A DNA stretch of 64,000 nt, taken from Spirochaetota bacterium (lineage in GTDB: Bacteria; Spirochaetota; GWB1-36-13; JAKPDD01). The stretch covers positions 139,612 through 203,611 of the forward strand of contig JAKPDD010000046.1 in the NCBI GenBank assembly GCA_029552945.1, read 5' to 3'. Positions 19,141-28,139 of this stretch are shown piece after piece (within the stretch, counting starts at the first letter, position 1; each line of letters starts with the position of its first letter). The position numbers and the translations under genes are program-made. The notes below the pieces were generated by a model. The model ran no database searches, had not been told where the DNA came from, and saw nothing but the letters and a program-made list of their open reading frames with translations.

Positions 19141-19468
19141 CAGTATTTTCCTCTCTTAAAGACTTTAAGATTATATCTTTTTCTGTAGAGTCAATATTAT
19201 AAAATTCTACACCTAAAAATAGCCTGTTATCTTCTGTCTTTTTTTTCCATCTTACTATACCTCTTAGAGCAAGAGCTTCTGCAAATCCTGGTACATTCAT
19301 TCTGATATGTATTATTGTATTTTCAGGGATTTCAACTGGAGAAAAGAATCCTATACCACCAAGGCTTATGTCATAGGTTTTTGTTTCATATACTTCCTCT
19401 TTTCCTCTTATTTTAAACTGCAAATAAAAATTTTTTTGGACTCTTAGAAATGACCTTTTTTCATTCAT
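19130..19468 (-). CDS. PilZ domain protein (putative c-di-GMP receptor)
   Basis: 112 aa; RxxxR (RSFLR) and DISLGG motifs; overlaps the downstream PLD-like gene by 11 nt. Confidence 0.65.
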   Translation of the reverse strand: MNEKRSFLRVQKNFYLQFKIRGKEEVYETKTYDISLGGIGFFSPVEIPENTIIHIRMNVPGFAEALALRGIVRWKKKTEDNRLFLGVEFYNIDSTEKDIILKSLREENTVEN

Positions 19469-19697
19469 ATTTTCTCCCTGTAATAAAAATAAATGATATT
19501 AAAAAATTTAAATAATAAATATACTAAAATAATAAGGTTAGTAATTACAAATTTTAATTTAGGATTTAATTATTTTTATATAATTCGTTAATTTTAATAT
19601 ATATTATAATTTTTTAATGCTATACTGTTTATTTAATTTTCTTAATTTAATATGCGATAATTTATATTTGCTTTTAAAGTTTTATTGGGTATAAATA

Positions 19698-20618
19698 ATG
19701 AAAAAGATTGAAAAAATATCAACTGTTTTTATGTTCATAGGTTTTTTTATGATATTAACAATATTTATCCTTTTAGGTAAACAAAAGAAAATACTATATT
19801 CTAAAATTAACTTTTATACAATTATAAACACAGTAAAGGATGTAAACTCAGGACAGGATATACTATTGTTAGGCCCTGATACCCCTATTGGTAAGGTAAC
19901 AGGCTTTTCTGTAACTAAAGAGAATAAAGTTAAGGTTGAATTTTTTATATATAGTGAGTTTATAGATAAAATTAGAGAGGATTCGGCAATAGTTTTTATT
20001 CCACCTGCTTTGGGTTTTTTAGGGGGCATTACTATAAAAATGGTGCCAGGTACAGAGTATTATGCGATAAAAAAGGAGGGGGATGTAATACCATCAAATC
20101 ATATGTATGAAGGTGAATTCTTGCTTACATTAAGGGGAGTAAAAGGGAGTGATGATAAAATACCACTCCTTGATAAAGTTGGGCCATTACTTGAAAATAT
20201 TACCTCTGTTTTAGACCCAAAAGGGCCTTTTATGAGAAACTTGACTAATCTTACTTATTATCTTAGTATTTTTTCTATGCAATTAAGTCAGGGCGGTCTA
20301 TTTTCTGTTATTGGAAGTAATACAATAAAGACAAATATTGAAAGAATGATGGCTCAGATAAACTCTATATTAGCAACAAGTGATACTATTATGGCAAATG
20401 ATGTAAGAAACTCATTAGCAAGGGTGAACTTACTTCTAAATAATATAAAAACTTTAACAGATACAATAAATTATAATACTCCAAGGACAATGTCACAAAT
20501 AAATCTTATTCTATTTAGGCTTGAAAGAATGATTGCAAACCTTGAAAAAAGCCCACTATTTGGTGCAACTGGAACAAGAAAAACAGAAAAAAAACAGGAT
20601 ATTTTCATTGGAGAATAA
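19698..20618 (+). CDS. MCE/MlaD-like membrane-anchored protein
   Basis: 306 aa; N-terminal TM helix, MCE-like beta region, helical C-terminus; assignment by pattern only. Confidence 0.4.
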   Translation: MKKIEKISTVFMFIGFFMILTIFILLGKQKKILYSKINFYTIINTVKDVNSGQDILLLGPDTPIGKVTGFSVTKENKVKVEFFIYSEFIDKIREDSAIVFIPPALGFLGGITIKMVPGTEYYAIKKEGDVIPSNHMYEGEFLLTLRGVKGSDDKIPLLDKVGPLLENITSVLDPKGPFMRNLTNLTYYLSIFSMQLSQGGLFSVIGSNTIKTNIERMMAQINSILATSDTIMANDVRNSLARVNLLLNNIKTLTDTINYNTPRTMSQINLILFRLERMIANLEKSPLFGATGTRKTEKKQDIFIGE

Positions 20619-21963
20619 AGATAATAGAGGTACCATACTTGTTGTTGATGATGATTTAAGTGTAAGAGAGTTAATAAAGAATTTTCTTGAGAAAAACTCT
20701 TATAGAGTTTTAATTTCTGAAAACTGGATAAAAGCTGAACCTCTTATCTTAAAAAATAAGATTGATATTATCCTTTTAGATATTAATCTCCCATTTAAGA
20801 GTGGAATTGAAGTATTAAAAGAGAACAAAGATAGGTTTTTGGATACAAAAGTTATAATTTTTTCAGGCAAAAATGATATTGAACTTGCTGTTGAGGCTAT
20901 AAAGCTTGGTGCATTTGATTATGTTCAGAAGACAGACTCTATTGAAAAGATATTAAAAGTTATAGATAATGCTTTGAAGCTTAAAGTTCTTGAGGAAGAA
21001 AATAAGATTTTGAAAAAGAATTTAGCTCCTTTGAAATATATCAAAGGTATATCAAAGTTTTCTGAAGAGATAGATAAACTTATAAAAACAGCAGCCAGAA
21101 CTGATGCAACCGTACTTATTACCGGTGAAAATGGGACAGGAAAACAGGTAGTAGCAGAGACTATTCATAGTATGTCTTTAAGAAAACATGGGCCGTTTAT
21201 TGACATAAACTGTGCTGCAATACCTGAAACCTTACTTGAGAGTGAACTATTCGGGTATAAAAAAGGTGCTTTTACTGGAGCATATCAGGATACAAAAGGT
21301 AAGTTTGAGGCAGCATCAGGTGGTACAATATTTTTAGATGAGATAAGTGAAATACCAATAAGTTTACAGGCAAAGTTGTTAAAGGTTATTGAAAATAAAG
21401 AGTTTACTCCCTTAGGCTCAACACAAGTAAAAAAGCTTAATGCAAGAATAATAGCAGCTACTAATAAGAATCTAGAGGAGGAAATTTCAAATGGTAAATT
21501 CAGACAGGATCTTTTTTATAGATTAAATGTTATAAATATAAGTCTTTTGCCTTTAAGGGAAAGAAGAGATGATATACCTATATTACTTGAAAGGTTTATA
21601 AATAGTTCTGGTAAAGATATAAAATTAAGTAAGGATGCAATACAAATACTTATAGAATATGATTGGCCAGGTAATATTAGAGAGCTTAAAAACTTTGTTG
21701 AAAGGTGTACAGTCATGTCAGAGTCTGAACTAATAACCAAAGATGATGTTATAAAGTTTTTAAACCTCCGTAAAAATAATATTTTTCTTTCAATTCCAAA
21801 TTGTCATAATATAATGCCTTTAAAAGAGTTTCTAGAATGTAAAGAAAAAGAATATCTTGAGTTTATTGTATCAAGATATAAATATAAAAAAGAGATTGCT
21901 AGAATACTTAATATAGAAAGGACTGCTCTTTATAGAAAACTAAAAAAATATAATATCCAATAA
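20608..21963 (+). CDS. Sigma-54-dependent response regulator (receiver, AAA+, HTH; NtrC family)
   Basis: ORF track starts at 20533; a TTG at 20608 with RBS AGGA gives MENKDNRGTILVVDDD, a typical receiver start; GENGTGKQ, GAFTGA, C-terminal HTH. Confidence 0.85.
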   Translation: MENKDNRGTILVVDDDLSVRELIKNFLEKNSYRVLISENWIKAEPLILKNKIDIILLDINLPFKSGIEVLKENKDRFLDTKVIIFSGKNDIELAVEAIKLGAFDYVQKTDSIEKILKVIDNALKLKVLEEENKILKKNLAPLKYIKGISKFSEEIDKLIKTAARTDATVLITGENGTGKQVVAETIHSMSLRKHGPFIDINCAAIPETLLESELFGYKKGAFTGAYQDTKGKFEAASGGTIFLDEISEIPISLQAKLLKVIENKEFTPLGSTQVKKLNARIIAATNKNLEEEISNGKFRQDLFYRLNVINISLLPLRERRDDIPILLERFINSSGKDIKLSKDAIQILIEYDWPGNIRELKNFVERCTVMSESELITKDDVIKFLNLRKNNIFLSIPNCHNIMPLKEFLECKEKEYLEFIVSRYKYKKEIARILNIERTALYRKLKKYNIQ

Positions 21964-21988
21964 AAAGCCCTTTTTGTTAAGGGCTTTT
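21963..21988. terminator. Bidirectional terminator AAAAGCCC-(10 nt)-GGGCTTTT between convergent genes
   Basis: 8-bp stem flanked by A- and T-tracts. Confidence 0.6.
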
Positions 21989-21996
21989 AGAAAAGT

Positions 21997-22485
21997 TTAT
22001 TTATTTTTTTCAAAATTAAGATTGACTTTCCAATAACCATTTTCTTTTATTACTTCTATGTCTTCTTCCTGATCATTTGTTTTTGTTTTTACTGTTGCTT
22101 TATCACCATCTATTTTTGAATCTATTATTTCAAATTTTCCACTTTTTTCTTTCATAGACTTAGCTACATCAGGTTGAGCAAATAATTTTACAAAAAACTC
22201 TCTACCAGAATAATTGTTGAGTTCTTCCATTTTTTTTGTTTCTTCATCTGATTTTCCTGAGTTTTTGCTCATTTGGAGTACGAAAGTAAACATTCCCTTA
22301 AACATTTTTTCCATATTATCTGCTGATTGTTTTGATAGTGAGTCGTAAAAATCGCCACCATTTCCATTAATTATTGAAGTATACATGTTTTTTACAGCAT
22401 CATGTGGTGTGTTTGCTCCTTTACTACCCTTAGAACATGCAATAACTAAGAATAGCAATAAAACTGTTAGAACTATTTTTTTCAT
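21997..22485 (-). CDS. Lipoprotein of unknown function (DUF4878-like)
   Basis: 162 aa; signal peptide with lipobox-like LVIAC; family guess by pattern. Confidence 0.4.
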   Translation of the reverse strand: MKKIVLTVLLLFLVIACSKGSKGANTPHDAVKNMYTSIINGNGGDFYDSLSKQSADNMEKMFKGMFTFVLQMSKNSGKSDEETKKMEELNNYSGREFFVKLFAQPDVAKSMKEKSGKFEIIDSKIDGDKATVKTKTNDQEEDIEVIKENGYWKVNLNFEKNK

Positions 22486-22594
22486 AAAATTCCTCCTGTT
22501 TATAAATTACTAACTAAAATTAACAAGGAAATTTAAGATTATTAAATTTTTATTTTATAAATTTTAATTTCTTAAAATTTTTTAAGGATTTTGT

Positions 22595-23230
22595 ATGATT
22601 AAAATTAAAGGAATTATTGTTGATTTTGATGGTACACTTATTGATACAATGGAACATTTTAAAAAAGTTGCAGGTATTATAATAAACAAATACTATAAAA
22701 TACCAATAGAGGAGGCTGAAAGACTTTATATAGAGACTTCAGGTGTTGCTTTTGTAAGACAAATGGAGATTATAAAACCTGGTGGAGATATGAATAGTAT
22801 TGTTGTAAAAGAGTTTGAAGAACTTAAACTTAAAGGTATCGAAAATGAAAAGATTGATGATGACTCTATTTTTACTCTTAATAAACTTAAAGATAGAGGT
22901 ATAAAACTTGGAATATCATCAGGTAATTTTGAAGATGTGATAATAAGGTTTCTTGAAAAAGAAAACTTTATTTTTGATGTTGTTATGGGTCATAGGGAAG
23001 GATTTGAAAAAGGCTCTGCTCATTTTCAATATTTTCTTGAAAAAACAGGACTTTCAAAGAATGATATTATTTTTATTGGAGATTCTATAAAAGATGGTGA
23101 GAGGGCTTATAGCTTTGGTATAAAGTTTATAGCTAAAGAGGGGATATTTTCTTCTGATAGATTTAAAAAAGAGTTCGGAGAGAACCAAATTGTTATAAAA
23201 AAACTCTCCGAAGTCCTTAATTTTGTTTAA
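22595..23230 (+). CDS. HAD superfamily hydrolase
   Basis: 211 aa; motif I DFDGTLIDT at the N-terminus and a GDS..D motif near the C-terminus. Confidence 0.7.
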   Translation: MIKIKGIIVDFDGTLIDTMEHFKKVAGIIINKYYKIPIEEAERLYIETSGVAFVRQMEIIKPGGDMNSIVVKEFEELKLKGIENEKIDDDSIFTLNKLKDRGIKLGISSGNFEDVIIRFLEKENFIFDVVMGHREGFEKGSAHFQYFLEKTGLSKNDIIFIGDSIKDGERAYSFGIKFIAKEGIFSSDRFKKEFGENQIVIKKLSEVLNFV

Positions 23231-23952
23231 AAATTTAAGATTAATGAGAAAGATGCTGCCATCTCCCTTGTACTATCTAGTAAGTCTGTAAATATAAAGT
23301 CTACGTTAAGCCTGTTATTAAGAAAAAGTACTCTTACCCCTGCAGAAAATATACCTCTATTAAGCTCGCCGGCACCATGTATTGCTGGGTTATTTCTGTA
23401 TTGATAATTTGAAAAGTCAGTAATTATTGCTAATTTACCAATATCTCCTGATAACAATATTTTTTCTATACCGACGCCAAAGTCAATATTTTCCTTTGAT
23501 GCATAGTCTCCAAATGTTTTTCCTATTACTGCTGATGTTTTTGCCCATCCTTCCCATGTAAATGCAAGGTAAAACTGGTAATTATTCCATGTATTTGTAT
23601 TATTTACATTATATTGATAATCAAAACCAATCGCTGCTTTTATAGAACTTGAATCATAAAACTTATATTTTGTATTTAAAATATAAGATGGATCGTCTGA
23701 GTTTGGCTTTTGAAAATCAGCACCAAATCCTATTTCCCAGTTTTGAACAAAAGATATTAATAATCTTGGTAAAAATCCAGTATTGTCGGTTAATAATAAC
23801 CATGAGTTTAATACAACATTGTTTTTGGCTATTGTGTCTGCAGAAGGTGTATTTATATTTCCACTGGTTGCAGCAAGATTTGCTTGATATTCCTTCGCAA
23901 TTGCTATTAATGGCATTAATGTTATAAGTGTAAGCAGTAATAATTTTTTCAT
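23227..23952 (-). CDS. Outer-membrane beta-barrel protein
   Basis: ORF track extends to 23985; the Met at 23952 has RBS AGGAGA and begins a signal peptide MKKLLLLTLITLMPLIAIA; alternating amphipathic strands; C-terminal aromatic residue. Confidence 0.5.
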   Translation of the reverse strand: MKKLLLLTLITLMPLIAIAKEYQANLAATSGNINTPSADTIAKNNVVLNSWLLLTDNTGFLPRLLISFVQNWEIGFGADFQKPNSDDPSYILNTKYKFYDSSSIKAAIGFDYQYNVNNTNTWNNYQFYLAFTWEGWAKTSAVIGKTFGDYASKENIDFGVGIEKILLSGDIGKLAIITDFSNYQYRNNPAIHGAGELNRGIFSAGVRVLFLNNRLNVDFIFTDLLDSTREMAASFSLILNF

Positions 23953-24137
23953 TTTATCTCCTTTTATTTTATATTCTGTCAACATTATTAAAAATTTAAT
24001 ATATTTACTTTTTGAATTATTACAAATTTGTTAATATTTTTTAAGTATTATTCTAAGTATCTAAAGTATTATAGTAAAAAACTTGTCTTATTATTATTTT
24101 GATGAAATATAAACACATAACTTGGCTGAAATTAATT

Positions 24138-24629
24138 CTATTTTCTTTGCTCAATATCTTTTTCTATCTTTTTCACGAAATTATATACCTTTTCTTCATT
24201 TTCCCATGCACCTGTTACCATTATTTTACCATTGTTAATAGGCATTTTTATGATTGGTGTTGTTATAACATCTCCATCAAATATTATAGTAACTTTTTTA
24301 TCAATGTTATTTGTTGTTACTTCTTTTAATATTTTAGTACCTTGTTCGTCAAACTCTATTATAAGGTCATATTTTTTTACAAGTCCTGATGTTAAGCTGA
24401 TTAGTTTTATATTATCGCCAGTTATGAAAGGTTTTTTTTCATAACACTCTTTTTGACCATTTTTTTCTAATATAAAAGTATTGCTACTACAATTACTTTC
24501 AAGATGGATTGTAACTGGTATAATAGCTTTTTTTGGTTTTTCTTTTGGTTTTGCGTTTGAGGTACATGATTGCATTTCTATTGAGAAAATAATAAATAAC
24601 AAAAATACTATTTTTATTTTATTATTCAT
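24138..24629 (-). CDS. Putative lipoprotein co-transcribed with fliEFG
   Basis: 163 aa; N-terminal signal with Cys; begins 15 nt after the fliG stop; no FliH-like features. Confidence 0.4.
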   Translation of the reverse strand: MNNKIKIVFLLFIIFSIEMQSCTSNAKPKEKPKKAIIPVTIHLESNCSSNTFILEKNGQKECYEKKPFITGDNIKLISLTSGLVKKYDLIIEFDEQGTKILKEVTTNNIDKKVTIIFDGDVITTPIIKMPINNGKIMVTGAWENEEKVYNFVKKIEKDIEQRK

Positions 24630-24644
24630 AATAAAATTCCTATT

Positions 24645-25679
24645 TTAAACTATTATTTCATCTTCGCCAGATCTTGCAACAACTACTTCTCCAGTTTCTT
24701 CCAATTTTCTTATTATACCAACTATTTTCTGTTGGGCTTCTTCAACTTCTTTCATTCTAAGTGGTCCCATATATTCCATATCTTCTTTTAGTGTTTGAGC
24801 TGCTCTTTTACTCATGTTTCTAAATATTTTTTCTTGTACTTCTGGGTCAACAGCTTTTAAAGCTTTTGCAAGGTCTTGGTGGTCAACCTCTCTTAATACT
24901 CTCTGTATCGATCTATCATCAAGAATTACTATATCTTCGAATACAAACATTTTCTTTTTGATTTCTTCTGCAAGATCAGGCTCATCCTCCTCCAATGCTT
25001 CCATTATGGACTTTTCAGTAGATCTATCAACATTATTAAGTATTTCAACTATTGTGTCTATACCACCTGCCATTGTAAAGTCTTCACTTGCTATTGTTGA
25101 TATCTTTCTTTCAAGTACTCTTTCAACCTCTCTTAGTGTATCTGGTGATGTTCTATCCATTGTTGCAATTCTTTTTGCTACATTTGCCCTTTTTTCTGGC
25201 TCAATGTTACTTAAAATTTGAGCTGCTTTTTTAGGTTCAAGGTATGATAGTATTAAAGCTATTGTCTGCGGGTGCTCCTGTTGAATAAAGTTTGATAAGT
25301 GTGCTGGGTCTGCTCTTCTTACAAAGTCAAAAGGTCTTACCTGTAGTGATGAGGTAAGTTTATTTATAATATCTATTGCTTTTTGAGTACCAACTGCTTT
25401 TTCCAATACCTCTCTTGCATAATCTATACCACCTGATGATATAAACTCCTGAGCCATCATTAATTCTTGAAACTCAGATAATACTTTTTCCTTTTCAGAT
25501 GGATCTATTTTATCAAGTCTTGCAATTTCAAAAGTAAGTTGCTCTATTTCCTCTTCTTTTAAGTGTTTGAATATATGAGATGATACTTCAGGGCCTACAG
25601 TTACAATAAAAATTGCAGCTTTTGATTTTCCAGTAAGTTGCCTTTTCCCTGGTTTTTTTTGTTCAACTGCTTGTGACAT
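24645..25679 (-). CDS. fliG: Flagellar motor switch protein FliG
   Basis: 344 aa; FliG middle and C-terminal motor domain conserved. Confidence 0.95.
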   Translation of the reverse strand: MSQAVEQKKPGKRQLTGKSKAAIFIVTVGPEVSSHIFKHLKEEEIEQLTFEIARLDKIDPSEKEKVLSEFQELMMAQEFISSGGIDYAREVLEKAVGTQKAIDIINKLTSSLQVRPFDFVRRADPAHLSNFIQQEHPQTIALILSYLEPKKAAQILSNIEPEKRANVAKRIATMDRTSPDTLREVERVLERKISTIASEDFTMAGGIDTIVEILNNVDRSTEKSIMEALEEDEPDLAEEIKKKMFVFEDIVILDDRSIQRVLREVDHQDLAKALKAVDPEVQEKIFRNMSKRAAQTLKEDMEYMGPLRMKEVEEAQQKIVGIIRKLEETGEVVVARSGEDEIIV

Positions 25680-25697
25680 TTTTTACCTCCTTATTGT

Positions 25698-27404
25698 TTA
25701 TTCTTCACTTAACCATGTTCTTAATAGTTTAGCAACATCTTCTGGTTTTTCTTTTGCAAGTTTAATAGCATTATCTTGTAATTCAAGTCTTGCTCTCTCT
25801 TCAGGTGATAGTTCAGCACCTACCGATTCCTGTTCCGCAGCTTTTAGTGCAGCAAATCTTAATGCTTCCTGTTGTTTTATAAGCTCCTCTTCTCTTAATC
25901 TTCTTCTTCTTGCCATCTCTCTTTCTATTGCTTTGTATACTATTGATATTACAAATAAACTTATCAACCCTATTATAACTGCCATTATTGTTTTTCTCAT
26001 TTTTTCAGCTTTTCTTATCTCCTCATCCTCTTTTTCAAACTCTTTTGTTCTGTCAAATTGAATTGAACTTACTGCAACCTTATCTCCTCTACCTTCATTG
26101 AATCCTATATATGCTTTAACACTCTCTTCAACTTTTTTAACTATTATGTCCTCTACTGGTATAAACTTTCTTTTTATTTTCCCATTTTCTATAATAATAT
26201 CTCCCTCTTTATCCCTCTCTTTTTCCCATAGACCATCAAGAAATACTGTAACAGTCATATTTTTTATATCATATGGGGCCTTTCTTATTTCCTGTTCTGA
26301 CCTGCTAAACTCTTTATTTTCAATATCCTCCTGTTTCTCATAAACATTGTATCTATCCATTTTTTCCTTAAGCCCAGCTGGTACCTGGTCCTCTATTCCA
26401 GCAGGACCTTCTGGAATATAACCCTGACCTTTAAATGTTTCTTTTGTACTTTTTTTACTTACTGTAAGTGAATCCACAACTACACTATCATCATAAGGTG
26501 TTTCAGGGTTGTCCGGTTTTATTATAACTGGTTTTAAAAGATTCTCTTTCATTTTAACAACATCCCAATTTAACTCAAGATTAAGTTTTATGTCAAATCT
26601 GTCTGATGTAAAGACTCTCTCAAGTAGTTTTTTAAGTTCATTATAATAATGCATTCTAAGTTTTTCTTTTATTTTTATCTGTTCTTTTGCAAGTCTTATA
26701 TTTTCTTCTTCGTCTGTCTCAGTTAATTTATCAGTTAATACATCACCCTGATTATCAAGTATTACTATATTTTCAGGTGTTAACATATCAACACCTTTTG
26801 CAATAAGGTCTCTTAAACCTTTTATTTTCTTTTTGTTTGTGGTTATATCACTACCTGGGGATGGGGTTATAACTACTGAGGCAGTTAGAGGAAAATTATT
26901 AAGATCATCTTTAAAATATTTTTCTTCACCAAAAGATATAACTACATCGGCTGATTCTATTTCGTCTAATTTTTCTAAATGTTGCTTTATACTTGCAGTT
27001 ATTGCTCTTCTTACATTTATTTTTCTTTCAAAGTCTGTAGTAGTAAAGGGTTGATTATCAAATAATTCCCATGACTTTATTCCCTGAGGTATTATACCTT
27101 CAAGTCCAAGTTCTGTTCTTGCTTTTGCTGCAAGCTCTTTATCCTTAACAAATATCTGATTATCAATAGTTTCAAATTCTATATTCATACCTTTTAATGC
27201 TTTTTGGATCCTTTCTAAGTCTTTTTCACTTATTTTATAGTTTATACCATATAGTGGATATTTACCAGATGATGTTGAAGATACAGATATTACCATGAAT
27301 AGTATAATTATTGCTAATATTATACTACCTACAATTATTTTTTGAGTAAGATTTAATTTCCCAAGTGCTTCTTTTAATTTTTGTATAATCTCCTTTGGAT
27401 TCAT
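25698..27404 (-). CDS. fliF: Flagellar M-ring protein FliF
   Basis: 568 aa; N-terminal TM helix, periplasmic ring domains, C-terminal TM helix plus charged FliG-binding tail. Confidence 0.95.
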   Translation of the reverse strand: MNPKEIIQKLKEALGKLNLTQKIIVGSIILAIIILFMVISVSSTSSGKYPLYGINYKISEKDLERIQKALKGMNIEFETIDNQIFVKDKELAAKARTELGLEGIIPQGIKSWELFDNQPFTTTDFERKINVRRAITASIKQHLEKLDEIESADVVISFGEEKYFKDDLNNFPLTASVVITPSPGSDITTNKKKIKGLRDLIAKGVDMLTPENIVILDNQGDVLTDKLTETDEEENIRLAKEQIKIKEKLRMHYYNELKKLLERVFTSDRFDIKLNLELNWDVVKMKENLLKPVIIKPDNPETPYDDSVVVDSLTVSKKSTKETFKGQGYIPEGPAGIEDQVPAGLKEKMDRYNVYEKQEDIENKEFSRSEQEIRKAPYDIKNMTVTVFLDGLWEKERDKEGDIIIENGKIKRKFIPVEDIIVKKVEESVKAYIGFNEGRGDKVAVSSIQFDRTKEFEKEDEEIRKAEKMRKTIMAVIIGLISLFVISIVYKAIEREMARRRRLREEELIKQQEALRFAALKAAEQESVGAELSPEERARLELQDNAIKLAKEKPEDVAKLLRTWLSEE

Positions 27405-27586
27405 TATAATGCCCCCTCCCTAATATTGAAAATAAAATTATATACATTTTAATTTTTTTCTTTAATTTAAGTATAACAAAAATTAAAATAGTAATCAAAA
27501 AATATATTAACTATATTTTTAAATTTTAAAATTTTTATTATAGAATTAAAAATACTAAAATAAAATATTATTGATGTTAAATCTAA

Positions 27587-27610
27587 GAATATACCAATTG
27601 TGGTATATTC
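27587..27610. promoter_or_regulatory. 24-bp inverted repeat GAATATACCA-ATTG-TGGTATATTC between fliE and fliF
   Basis: Perfect 10-bp arms; 27 nt downstream of the fliE stop on the minus strand. Confidence 0.4.
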
Positions 27611-27636
27611 TAAAAATTCTAAATTAAAAATTTATG

Positions 27637-27963
27637 TTATCTTAGATTTTGAAGTTCTTTAAACCCATCAACAAGTCTTGTAATTACAGACTTCGCGAAT
27701 GATAAAGCAAGTTCAGCTTTTGTTTGTGCAATAGATACTTCATGAGGATTGACACTTTCAGGATCTGTTACCATTTTAACCTGTAGTTGTTCAGCGTTTA
27801 TCTGTAGGTCATTAAGATTTGAAAAAGCATTATTTAGTGCTTCACCGAATGAACCTACAACATTATCAGGTTTTCTGGTATATAGATTATCACTTATGTG
27901 TTTGTTATTGTTTATTTTTAGATTCACATCATAAGGTTTAAGATATGGATTATAGACTCTCAT
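27637..27963 (-). CDS. fliE: Flagellar hook-basal body protein FliE
   Basis: 108 aa; FGEALNNA and C-terminal helix match the FliE pattern; upstream of fliF. Confidence 0.75.
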   Translation of the reverse strand: MRVYNPYLKPYDVNLKINNNKHISDNLYTRKPDNVVGSFGEALNNAFSNLNDLQINAEQLQVKMVTDPESVNPHEVSIAQTKAELALSFAKSVITRLVDGFKELQNLR

Positions 27964-28139
27964 TTTCCCTCCCTCTTGATTTAAGAAAAGTAATTTAAAT
28001 ATAATATTTCGACAACATTCAAATTTTAATTATTTAATTTTTATATCTTTTTATTAATTTTTTAAATCTTTTTGTTTTTTTTATTTTTTAATGTTTAAAT
28101 TAATTGAATACTTTTTTATTTATCTTTTAGGAGTTTTTT

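Noticed and set aside
27964-28139. Sigma-54 promoter for fliE in the fliE/rgy divergent region
   Set aside because: No GG-N10-GC arrangement on the minus strand in this interval
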